The position numbers and the translations under genes are program-made. The notes under the pieces are model-generated. The model was not told the origin of the DNA. It was given only the letters and a program-made list of their open reading frames with translations, and did not search any database. From Cupriavidus necator (GTDB lineage Bacteria; Pseudomonadota; Gammaproteobacteria; Burkholderiales; Burkholderiaceae): a stretch of 32,000 nucleotides of DNA. This document shows positions 24,756 through 32,000 of the stretch, piece by piece; within the stretch, counting starts at the first letter, position 1; the number at the start of each line of letters is the position of its first letter. The stretch lies in contig NZ_CP066020.1 in the NCBI RefSeq assembly GCF_016127575.1, positions 330,001 to 362,000 of the forward strand. Direction: 5' to 3'.

Positions 24756-25895
24756 CTAGTCAGAAATGAGTGTGAGAACGCGATCGAGCGCCGCGATGGT
24801 CTTCAGCATGCCGTCCAGATCCCTGAACTGCTGCCGGATCGCCTTTGGCTCGCCCGCAATGGGTATGAAGCATTGGAACAGCGTTGCATCGCCGCTGCAG
24901 TTGAGCCCGTCATACAGATCGTCGAGTACCTGCGTGACGTAGTCGGACTGCCTATAGGCGAGCGTGGCCGCGGAGTATGCCGGCTCGGCCCACTGGGATC
25001 CTGCAACGGCCGACCTATCGCCCTGCCTCTTAAGGGTCAGGTTCAGTTCGGCCAGCGCGACACATAGATCCTTGACCCAGCCATTGTTGGCGCGAGACAG
25101 CTCATAGAGCTTCCTGCTACCGAATGCTCGCAGCTTGCTCGACGCCGGATAGCCGTGGCAGGCCGGTGGCAGTACGTCATCCGGTGCGAGTTCCGGCCTA
25201 ACGACAGACGGCAGGTATCGCTCGATGTCGCCTTCATCCATGTCACAACTCTCGGCAAGGAATTCCCTCGCGTTCTTGTCGTCGGCAAGGGTACTGTCGT
25301 ACTCCCAGTGCCACCGCGCAAACAGGTCAAGCAGGGCTTCAGGGGTGCGCAGGAAGAGCGACTTCGCGCTAGCCGTATTGATCAGCGACATCGCGGTGTA
25401 GAGAAGGTGCGGGTGCACCGCTCGCAGCGCGCTCGCGCGCGCTTCACCAATGAAGTAGACGTCGTCGCCGGGCATGTCGATGGCGAGATACAGCGGCGCC
25501 TCGATCTCGTCCTCCCAGCCGAATTGCATCAACTGGTCCTTTGCAGCGCCTATGTCGATCAGCGAGAAGCCGAAACTCAGGCGCTTGCACTCAGGTGTGC
25601 GGGCGCGCAGCCACGCAAACATGGCCTGGGCGAATGCATCGCCCGCACCCGTTGGAGTCGAAACATCGTTCGCACGCAGCACACCGGTGGCAAACTGTGC
25701 ACGGACAAGGCCCAAAACATCGACCTCATCCCCGAAGGTAAGCAGCCCGCTATTCGGAACCCCAGCAGGGATGGCCGGCAGCGTCAGAAAATCATGGGCA
25801 GGTCGACGTCGGGCAATGGGATGCTGTCGCGCAGGCGTCCATGCGGGTTGTCCTGCATCGACCTCTGGAACAAACGACCGAGGATCGAACAGCAT
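24756..25895 (-). CDS. PRTRC system protein F-like (379 aa, unknown function)
   Basis: Assigned by position and size in the cassette. GAGGAG SD upstream of ATG 25895. No catalytic motif recognised. Confidence 0.65.
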   Translation of the reverse strand: MLFDPRSFVPEVDAGQPAWTPARQHPIARRRPAHDFLTLPAIPAGVPNSGLLTFGDEVDVLGLVRAQFATGVLRANDVSTPTGAGDAFAQAMFAWLRARTPECKRLSFGFSLIDIGAAKDQLMQFGWEDEIEAPLYLAIDMPGDDVYFIGEARASALRAVHPHLLYTAMSLINTASAKSLFLRTPEALLDLFARWHWEYDSTLADDKNAREFLAESCDMDEGDIERYLPSVVRPELAPDDVLPPACHGYPASSKLRAFGSRKLYELSRANNGWVKDLCVALAELNLTLKRQGDRSAVAGSQWAEPAYSAATLAYRQSDYVTQVLDDLYDGLNCSGDATLFQCFIPIAGEPKAIRQQFRDLDGMLKTIAALDRVLTLISD

Positions 25896-25915
25896 TGTTG
25901 AGTCTCCTCAGAATG

Positions 25916-25942
25916 TGAAAAAACCGCCCTTTCGGGCGGTTT
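25916..25942 (-). terminator. Intra-operon rho-independent terminator or attenuator between the Ubl gene and protein F
   Basis: The minus strand reads AACCGCCC-GAAA-GGGCGGTT followed by TTTTT. It lies in the 90-nt gap between 25986 and 25895. Confidence 0.55.
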
Positions 25943-25985
25943 CATGGTGGTAGCGAACTGGCCGGTTGCCAGTGCTTTCATCAGG

Positions 25986-26210
25986 TCAGATTCGCGCATG
26001 CGCGCCCTTGGCGCCGGCGGCGCGAACGAAGGTGAAGCTCGCAACCTCGCCCTTGACCTCCGGACCATCCACCGAGGCGGTGGTCAGCTCGGGATACTGA
26101 GCCGAATAGATGTCGCGCACCTGCTCTGGCGTGAACGCCGGACCAGGGTCCACAAAGGACATGCCGTTGTAGGAGAACTGACGCAGCAACTTCTTGATTT
26201 CGAGTGCCAT
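25986..26210 (-). CDS. PRTRC system protein C (74 aa, ubiquitin-like size)
   Basis: AAGGAGA SD, start MALEIKK at 26210. The track ORF start at 26264 was rejected because it overlaps protein E. Sequence ...YPELTTASVDGPEVKGEVASFTFVRAAGAKGAHARI. Confidence 0.75.
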   Translation of the reverse strand: MALEIKKLLRQFSYNGMSFVDPGPAFTPEQVRDIYSAQYPELTTASVDGPEVKGEVASFTFVRAAGAKGAHARI

Positions 26211-26220
26211 GTCGGTCTCC

Positions 26221-26661
26221 TTAGAGCAGGGATGCCAGATCAGTACCGACCGAGGACGGCGCACTCACCTTCGCGTCCGCTTCGGTCTGCGCGGCATCAT
26301 CGGCATCCGCATCATCATCCGAAGCGCTTTCGCTTTCCGACGCCGATGGCGATGCGGCCTTAGCCAGCGCCTTCGTCGCATTGGACGATTGCGTGGACTT
26401 GGCGGCATCGAGAATCGACTTCGTTGCCTCGGCCTGCTCGGCCAGCGAGCGATGCGATTCGCTCACACTCGTGACGGCCGCCGCGAACTCGGCATCCAGG
26501 TCCGCAGGCGTTGCCGACAGCACCAGAGGCGACGTGAGCGCGGCATCCGCGGCATTCTTGATGACTGGCAGCACGACAACGGACATGACATCGCCATGCA
26601 TGGACAGCGTAACAACAACCTTGTCGCTCGCGCGGACGAGCGGGACCAATTCAGTGAACAT
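26221..26661 (-). CDS. PRTRC system protein E-like (146 aa, acidic Ser/Asp/Ala-rich tail)
   Basis: Assigned by position between the ParB-like and Ubl genes. N-terminal globular part, then ...SPSASESESASDDDADADDAAQTEADA. Confidence 0.65.
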   Translation of the reverse strand: MFTELVPLVRASDKVVVTLSMHGDVMSVVVLPVIKNAADAALTSPLVLSATPADLDAEFAAAVTSVSESHRSLAEQAEATKSILDAAKSTQSSNATKALAKAASPSASESESASDDDADADDAAQTEADAKVSAPSSVGTDLASLL

Positions 26662-26735
26662 GGTGAATCCTTTTGGGGAAATGGGGTGAGGCAGGGCGCC
26701 GGATGGCGCCCTGCGTTAAGGCAGAGTGAAAGTGA

Positions 26736-28418
26736 TCAGAAGCCCAGGACCTTGGGCACCTTGCCGGTGTAGTCAAAGCCATCGACAGCCAGCAGGCCGG
26801 CAATGACTTCGGGTTTCGGCTTGTTGAACAGCTTGGCAAAGCTATCGCCCAGCGCCTTGCGAATGCCCAGTTCGTCCGCGAGAACCTTCATCTCGGACTT
26901 GGTGAGCATCTCCAGGAAGTATTGCGACTTCTGCAGGCTCCAGTGCGCGCGCAGATCGAGCTTGTGGAAGCGGCACAGTTCCTTGAGGTTCGGCACCTCC
27001 ATGCCGTCAATTGCCGCGACAGTCAACGCCACGGTCAGTTGCTGGCGCTTGCCAGCGTCCAGTGCATGCACCGCCGTCAGGCAGCCTTGCAGCGTCGATG
27101 ACGCCTTCTGCTCCGTCAGCTTCTCGAAGAACTTGCTCATCTTGTCGCCGCCGATGTTGCGTGCGAGGCCATTGAGGGCGATCGAGATCAGGTAGGCATT
27201 GGCCTGGTCCGCGTTCTGCGCGACTTCCTTGCGCAGCGCCTTGCGCCAGAGATCGGTCCGGTAGTTCTTGACCTTCTCCGACTCGCTGATCGAGGTGACA
27301 GGCTTCTCGGCTGACGCCGAAGACTTGTCCCCGCCCTTCGCAGCCGCGGGCTTGCCGGAACCGGCCGGGCCCCCTGCAGGCTTTTGCGCCGCCGCTTTCG
27401 CGTCGCGCTCCGCCTTCAGGCGTGCCGCCACCTTCCGCTGGTTGCAGACGGTGTCGAAGCACTGACCACTGTAGACCTTACCCAGTGAATCGGGCAGTCC
27501 GCTGACGGCGGCACCGAAGTTCTCGCAACCGTGGCACGCCTTGGCTTGCTCCTCCCCCACCCCAGTCGAGCCATCGACCTGAAGCTGGATGCGGGTGTGG
27601 TTGTCGCCGGGGCGTACGATGCGAATGACCTGGTACTCGTCCTTGAGCCCGTAGCTGATGCTGTCGAGCTTGCGGTCGGTCTTCTCGGTATAGCAGGCGC
27701 GGTTGGTGCAGTTGCCCGTGGCAATTGCCTCGCCGAACATCTCCGTCTGCAACGAAGAGTTGTGCTGGCAGCTTGCGCATTCCGTCTTGTCGAAGATGGC
27801 TTTCTCCAGGCTGCACGCGGCAGCCTCGATGGTCTTCTTCAACTCGGATACGGACTTCTTCTCGCTCACGATGACCGGCAGGAGCTTGTCCTGCGTGGCC
27901 TTGGCGAGCGTCGCCAGCAATTCAGCGTGGCCGAGCTGGATGACACGCGTGTTGAGCGCATTCAGGACCGATTCGCTGCAGTTCATGAGAGCCAGGCGCT
28001 TGTCCAGCGTCGAGCGCGACCAGCCAAGGAGGCGGGCCGCTTCGTCGCGGTCGCCCTGCAACTGGCCTGCGATCCTCGATGCTGCCACGGCCTCCTCGGA
28101 AGGCGCCATGTCCGCACGCTGCACGTTTTCAATCAACGCCATGCGGTCGGCCTCGGCGTCGGTGATCACCTTGAGCGTGACGGGGATATGGTATCCCTCG
28201 CCATGCGCGGCCAGTGCGGCGCGATAGCGGCGTTCACCGGCAACGACTTCATACTCATGCCCATTTTCATCGCCCTCAACGGGACGGATAAGAATCGGCT
28301 GAAGGATACCGTCCACGCGAATGGATTCGGTCAGTTCAGCCATTTGGACAGGATCAAAGTACTTGCGCGGGTTACGGCCAGGACGGATCTTGCCAATGAC
28401 AACGGTGGGGTTTTGCAT
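26736..28418 (-). CDS. PRTRC system ParB-family protein (560 aa)
   Basis: ParB/Srx N-terminal domain: GKIRPGRNPRKYFDP, ILQPILIRP, VVAGERRYRAALAA. GGAGAA SD before ATG 28418. The track ORF start at 28520 was rejected. Confidence 0.9.
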   Translation of the reverse strand: MQNPTVVIGKIRPGRNPRKYFDPVQMAELTESIRVDGILQPILIRPVEGDENGHEYEVVAGERRYRAALAAHGEGYHIPVTLKVITDAEADRMALIENVQRADMAPSEEAVAASRIAGQLQGDRDEAARLLGWSRSTLDKRLALMNCSESVLNALNTRVIQLGHAELLATLAKATQDKLLPVIVSEKKSVSELKKTIEAAACSLEKAIFDKTECASCQHNSSLQTEMFGEAIATGNCTNRACYTEKTDRKLDSISYGLKDEYQVIRIVRPGDNHTRIQLQVDGSTGVGEEQAKACHGCENFGAAVSGLPDSLGKVYSGQCFDTVCNQRKVAARLKAERDAKAAAQKPAGGPAGSGKPAAAKGGDKSSASAEKPVTSISESEKVKNYRTDLWRKALRKEVAQNADQANAYLISIALNGLARNIGGDKMSKFFEKLTEQKASSTLQGCLTAVHALDAGKRQQLTVALTVAAIDGMEVPNLKELCRFHKLDLRAHWSLQKSQYFLEMLTKSEMKVLADELGIRKALGDSFAKLFNKPKPEVIAGLLAVDGFDYTGKVPKVLGF

Positions 28419-28547
28419 TTTGGGTTCTCCGAGACGGAATGGGAACCCGTTGCCGCACCGGGAACGTGGTTCCCGATGGGGTGGAAGGATGGACTGCCAG
28501 GCTATGCCGGCGACCACCATACTGCAGAAGCTGGCACCAAAAGGTGC

Positions 28548-28570
28548 GGGGTCGATGCGTCTGGGACGCG
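28548..28570 (-). promoter_or_regulatory. Copy f of the conserved island motif
   Basis: GGGGTCGATGCGTCTGGGACGCG, 130 nt upstream of the ParB-like start. It lies downstream (in the minus sense) of the 28742-28772 terminator. Confidence 0.5.
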
Positions 28571-28741
28571 AAGTGTGGTGTGAGGATACTCGAATTTCGT
28601 CTCGACGAGCAAGATTTGATGGCCAAGATGGCTGCGCATCCGATGCGGCGATGTGGTGCTAAGCCTGGAGCGTGCCCCGGACACCGCCTCAATCCAATCT
28701 GATGCGGCCCAGCACGCTACGGCCACAGGCTTCGCGTGCAT

Positions 28742-28772
28742 AAAAAAAAATGGCCCCCAACGAGTGGGGGCC
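28742..28772 (-). terminator. Rho-independent terminator after the helicase / 83-aa operon
   Basis: The minus strand reads GGCCCCCA-CTCGT-TGGGGGCC followed by ATTTTTTTTT. A further 9-bp hairpin lies at 28802-28826. Confidence 0.65.
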
Positions 28773-28871
28773 TGAGGGAACGGGTACAACTTGAGAGGCA
28801 ATTCCGTAGCGGGGCGCGCTACGGAACTGATCTTAAAGTGATTTAAGCCAGAGGCATCCCCCGAAAGTTGG

Positions 28872-29123
28872 TCAATTTCGACTGCTTTTCGCTGGAATGG
28901 GTCCAATCGGCCTGGCCAGCACGCTGGTCACCGCGCCAATAACCTGCCAGCCGTCCATCTCGCTCTCGGCGATGCCATGAACGAGACGGTCCAGGCAGAC
29001 GACTTCCAACCCGTCCGCCTCGATCGTGCCGAGAATGTGGGCAACGGTCGTGCCACGCGTGCCGCGTCGCTTGATCGTTGCCAGCCCCTCGCCAATGGCG
29101 ATGCTGCACTCGTTTGCTTTCAT
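28872..29123 (-). CDS. Hypothetical protein (83 aa), translationally coupled to the helicase gene
   Basis: The ATG at 29123 overlaps the helicase stop (ATGA). The ORF is coding-like. Confidence 0.55.
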   Translation of the reverse strand: MKANECSIAIGEGLATIKRRGTRGTTVAHILGTIEADGLEVVCLDRLVHGIAESEMDGWQVIGAVTSVLARPIGPIPAKSSRN

Positions 29124-32000
29124 GCTGCCTCCTTGAGCAGTTCACGTTGATCCCGGGCCTTGCGACCGTGCAGCTTCGCGAGATCGTCGACAAATTCGTC
29201 CAACAGCGTGTCCATGTGCAGGAACGCCTCGTCTTCCAGTTCCGGTGTCGCCCAGTCCAGGCCCGCCTCCATGGCATCCCGTTTGTGCGCCACCATCTGG
29301 TCCTGGTAGATATCTAGACTCCCGGGCAGATGGAAATAGACCACCTTTAACTGCCCCTTCCGGTTCCAGCGCAGCGCGCGCCGCATCGCCTGGTACTCGA
29401 TGCGCCACGTCCACGAACGGTCGTAGAAGAGCACGTAATCGGCATTGGGCAGGTTGTAGCCCGCCCGGCCCGACGCCTTGGTGCACAACAGGCCCGTGGC
29501 AGTGCCGCCGACGAAACGCTTGTCCTTGTCGGCCACGCGCTTCGCAATCGGAATGCCGCCGTGAAACGGCACCGTCTCTACCCCCTTCGCCTTCAACTGG
29601 CTGGCGATGAGGTTAATGACGCCCGGATTCTCGGCAAACAGGATGGCCTGCTTGCCCTCCCCGGCGATGGCTTCCAGCCGCTCGATCACCGCGCGCTGCT
29701 TGCTGGTCAGCTGCCCCAGCGCTCCGACACCATCCACCCCATGCTGCGGGTAGTTGGCGGCGAAGTGCACGGCACGGATGCGGGCCAGAATCGCGATCAG
29801 GTTGTTGGACTTCCCTTCCACCTTTCGCACGTCCCGGTACCACTGGGCGAACTCGTCGGCCGTCCGCAGATAGAACGACAAGTGCGCAGGATCCCAGTCC
29901 GTCTCGACCACCTCGACCGCGGGCGGCGCAATGCGGATAAAGCGGGCTACATCGGGCTCGCACACCAACCGGCGCTTCACGTGCGGCGCCAGCATCTGCC
30001 GGTACCGCGGCAGGTTGCCGATCTTGGGCACTTCGCGCTTGGCCCCATCCTGCAGGCTTTCGGCAAATTCCCACGTCACCCATTCCAGCACCACAAAGTC
30101 GCTGCGGAAACGGTCAATGCCGCGCTCGGCATGCTGCACTGAAGCAAGCCAGTTCGCTTCCAGGTAGCCACGCCGGTAGCCATATGGCTGGGCCGCCGTG
30201 CCGTCACCGCCCGTGAACGCGATCAGTCCGAAGATATCGCGCGGATAGCTGGCAATCGGGCTGCCGGTCAGGATATAGCGCCGCTTCGCCGACAGCTGCC
30301 AGAGCGCGCGGCTCTGGTCGCTGGCAGGGTTGGACAGGCGCTCACCCTCATCGGCCACCAGCAGGCCGATGCGACGGCGCAGCCGGTGCGCGTACGTGAC
30401 GCGGCGCGAGGCCTGCCGGTCGACGGGCATGCGCAAGCGCTCATAGGCGATCAGATTGAGGCGGCCCAGATGCACCAGATCCTCAGGCGACTGAATTACG
30501 TGGACGTCCGATGCTGGCATGACTTGCTCCAGTTCGGCACGCATCTCGGCGATCAGGCGTGCCTCGACAACGATGAGGCCGTGCTTCACGCCGGACAGCA
30601 GGATCAGGCCCGCCGCGAGACGCGACTTGCCGCAGCCCTGCTCCCACGCGGCCACAGCACCGTTGGGCTTGAGCAGCAGCTCAACCAGGTCTTCCTGTTG
30701 GAATTGCCAGTCCAGCCACCGGTCAATGCCCAGCGCCAGCAGCCGCTTGCGCAGCCGCTCGGCCTGCCCGGGATAGCGCACGGCCATCCCCTCGTGCACG
30801 ATCTCCCACGCCTGCGCCGATTTCTCGACGCTGTAGCGGGTGGTGATCTCGTCCAACGAGACGACATAACACTTGTCCCGCACCGTGTACTGGTAGCGGC
30901 CGTCGGGCTGCCGATCGAAGCGCACCGTCTGGCCGGCCTTGATAACCGGGCCGCCCCAAACCGACGAGTCGACCAGATGCGTCTTCGTGGCCGTACCGAC
31001 GATGGTATCGGCGGCGCCTACGCCGGTCGTCCAGACCGCATGGCGCAAGGGCAACGCCTGACGCATGCTGCGACGCAGACGCTGGCGGAAGTGCTCGAGA
31101 AAGCCCGGTGCAAACTCCGGCTCACCGCCGGCAGACTTCACCATGGCAACGAGCGTCCCCAATGCCCCGATCGGATCAGGCTGCACCAGATAGGCCTCCA
31201 GATCCAGCCGGCCCGTGCCTGCGTAGCGAAAGCCACGGGGCAGGCGCTGGCCCTCCAGCGACACGATGCGGCGCTCCAGCACACGATTGAGCACCATCGC
31301 CTCGACGAACCCGCACTCGAATCCGAGCACGATGCGGCGCCCGTCATGCGAGATGCGTACCCGTTTCTGCGAGGTCACCGGACGCGTGATAGCGGGCCCT
31401 TCGTCATCCAGCAGCTGGTGGCCAAGCCGCGGTTCGCCATAGAGACGATCCTCGGCCTGCAGTTCCAGCGCAGGCAGCGGCTCGGCCAAATCCGACACGG
31501 CTTGCCGCACGAAATCGCGGGCGCGCATGCGGTAGCGCGCGAATACCGCAATGGAGGTGCGCACCTCCGCCCCTTCCTCCCGGAAGGCGCTCGTTGGCAG
31601 GTCGAACACGCCGACCACACGCCTTGCCGCATCGGCGAAGGGTTCGCCGTGGCCGATCACCAGGCCGGCGAACTTGTCGACGAAGGTTGTGGGCAGCAGT
31701 GCCACCACGATCTGCGCCGCGTCGAGTGCCTGGTACAGCCCATATTCATGACTCAGGGCGCTGGTGTTGGCCCCAAATCGGCCCCAGGTAGTGCAGTCGT
31801 AGGGCTTCAGGTGCGGCGACTCCAGATGGATGGAGAACGGCGGGTTAATGAGGGCAACATCGAAGCGCGTCGGATGGATTTCCTCCATGCCGGCGTGCCG
31901 AAAGCTGCCGTCAAAGCCAGCAGCCTCGATGGCATGCTGCACCGCCTCGATCGTTGGTTGGTGCACGTCTACGCCATAGAGGCTGTGCGTGCCCGGGTCC
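29120..32000 (-). CDS. N6-adenine DNA methyltransferase / SNF2-family helicase fusion protein; the 5' end lies beyond the right edge
   Basis: NPPF methyltransferase motif IV near the N-terminus. The frame remains open upstream of the track start, which is an internal GTG. Helicase motifs: EQGCGKSRLAAGL (I), LVADEGERL (II), ILTGSPI (III), and a C-terminal YNLPNADYVLFYDRSW...QAMRRALR. Confidence 0.9.
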   Translation of the reverse strand, partial: DPGTHSLYGVDVHQPTIEAVQHAIEAAGFDGSFRHAGMEEIHPTRFDVALINPPFSIHLESPHLKPYDCTTWGRFGANTSALSHEYGLYQALDAAQIVVALLPTTFVDKFAGLVIGHGEPFADAARRVVGVFDLPTSAFREEGAEVRTSIAVFARYRMRARDFVRQAVSDLAEPLPALELQAEDRLYGEPRLGHQLLDDEGPAITRPVTSQKRVRISHDGRRIVLGFECGFVEAMVLNRVLERRIVSLEGQRLPRGFRYAGTGRLDLEAYLVQPDPIGALGTLVAMVKSAGGEPEFAPGFLEHFRQRLRRSMRQALPLRHAVWTTGVGAADTIVGTATKTHLVDSSVWGGPVIKAGQTVRFDRQPDGRYQYTVRDKCYVVSLDEITTRYSVEKSAQAWEIVHEGMAVRYPGQAERLRKRLLALGIDRWLDWQFQQEDLVELLLKPNGAVAAWEQGCGKSRLAAGLILLSGVKHGLIVVEARLIAEMRAELEQVMPASDVHVIQSPEDLVHLGRLNLIAYERLRMPVDRQASRRVTYAHRLRRRIGLLVADEGERLSNPASDQSRALWQLSAKRRYILTGSPIASYPRDIFGLIAFTGGDGTAAQPYGYRRGYLEANWLASVQHAERGIDRFRSDFVVLEWVTWEFAESLQDGAKREVPKIGNLPRYRQMLAPHVKRRLVCEPDVARFIRIAPPAVEVVETDWDPAHLSFYLRTADEFAQWYRDVRKVEGKSNNLIAILARIRAVHFAANYPQHGVDGVGALGQLTSKQRAVIERLEAIAGEGKQAILFAENPGVINLIASQLKAKGVETVPFHGGIPIAKRVADKDKRFVGGTATGLLCTKASGRAGYNLPNADYVLFYDRSWTWRIEYQAMRRALRWNRKGQLKVVYFHLPGSLDIYQDQMVAHKRDAMEAGLDWATPELEDEAFLHMDTLLDEFVDDLAKLHGRKARDQRELLKEAA

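Noticed and set aside
28523-28539. Sigma54-like -24/-12 element (TGGTGC-N-TCTGCA on minus; TGGCAC...GGTGC on plus) in the ParB leader, and a similar GG/GC pair in leader d
   Set aside because: The GG-to-GC spacing is one nucleotide longer than the strict sigma54 spacing in each case, and the sequence is not shared by all leaders.
27531-28583. 350-aa plus-strand ORF opposite the ParB-like gene. Similar long antisense ORFs occur at 11782..12936, 9806..10780, 21324..22307, 22502..23296, 24282..25067, 25155..25901 and 219..725.
   Set aside because: These are antisense shadow ORFs, typical of GC-rich DNA. In every case the other strand has motif-supported or operon-consistent genes.
1-32000. Scan for tRNA, rRNA and CRISPR arrays
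   Set aside because: No cloverleaf-like segments, rRNA-like conserved blocks, or regularly spaced direct repeats with unique spacers were seen by eye. A tRNAscan, Infernal or CRISPR-finder run would be needed to be definitive.

Overview
High-GC (Burkholderiales-like, by inference) window made of two parts. No rRNA, tRNA or CRISPR array was seen. All product calls rest on motif recognition by eye, with no database search.

Left part (1-6.7 kb), a decayed mosaic:
- The N-terminal part of a Cache-type membrane sensor gene, running off the left edge.
- A Tn3-family-like terminal-repeat remnant with a frameshifted resolvase HTH fragment and an orphan MNT-type nucleotidyltransferase.
- A frameshifted hypothetical gene and an XRE-type HTH gene.
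- Two small hypothetical genes.
- A 610-bp module bounded by inverted repeats and flanked by diverged copies of a gene 3' end.
- A tyrosine-recombinase-like gene that has lost its catalytic residues.
- An HU-family gene with a histone-H1-like AKKA tail.

Right part (6.7-32 kb), a plasmid/ICE-like backbone transcribed almost entirely on the minus strand:
- A methyltransferase-SNF2 helicase fusion, whose 5' end lies beyond the right edge.
- A complete PRTRC cassette: ParB-like, E, C (Ubl-sized), F, B (E2-like), A (JAB), and ThiF (E1-like).
- Several operons of small hypothetical, membrane and lipoprotein genes.
- A DUF932-like gene.
- A four-gene module containing SbcD/Mre11-like and SbcC/Rad50-like proteins.
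- One plus-strand operon ending in a bactofilin.

Main findings:
- The PRTRC cassette is a ubiquitin-like conjugation set and its function has not been characterised.
- A conserved motif of about 23 nt (GGGTCGATGCGTC-N4-GACGCGG) occurs six times, plus one degenerate copy, always in the same orientation upstream of minus-strand transcription units. It is followed by covarying leader hairpins.
- A promoter-to-terminator interval with no ORF is a candidate structured RNA or leader upstream of the SbcCD-like module.
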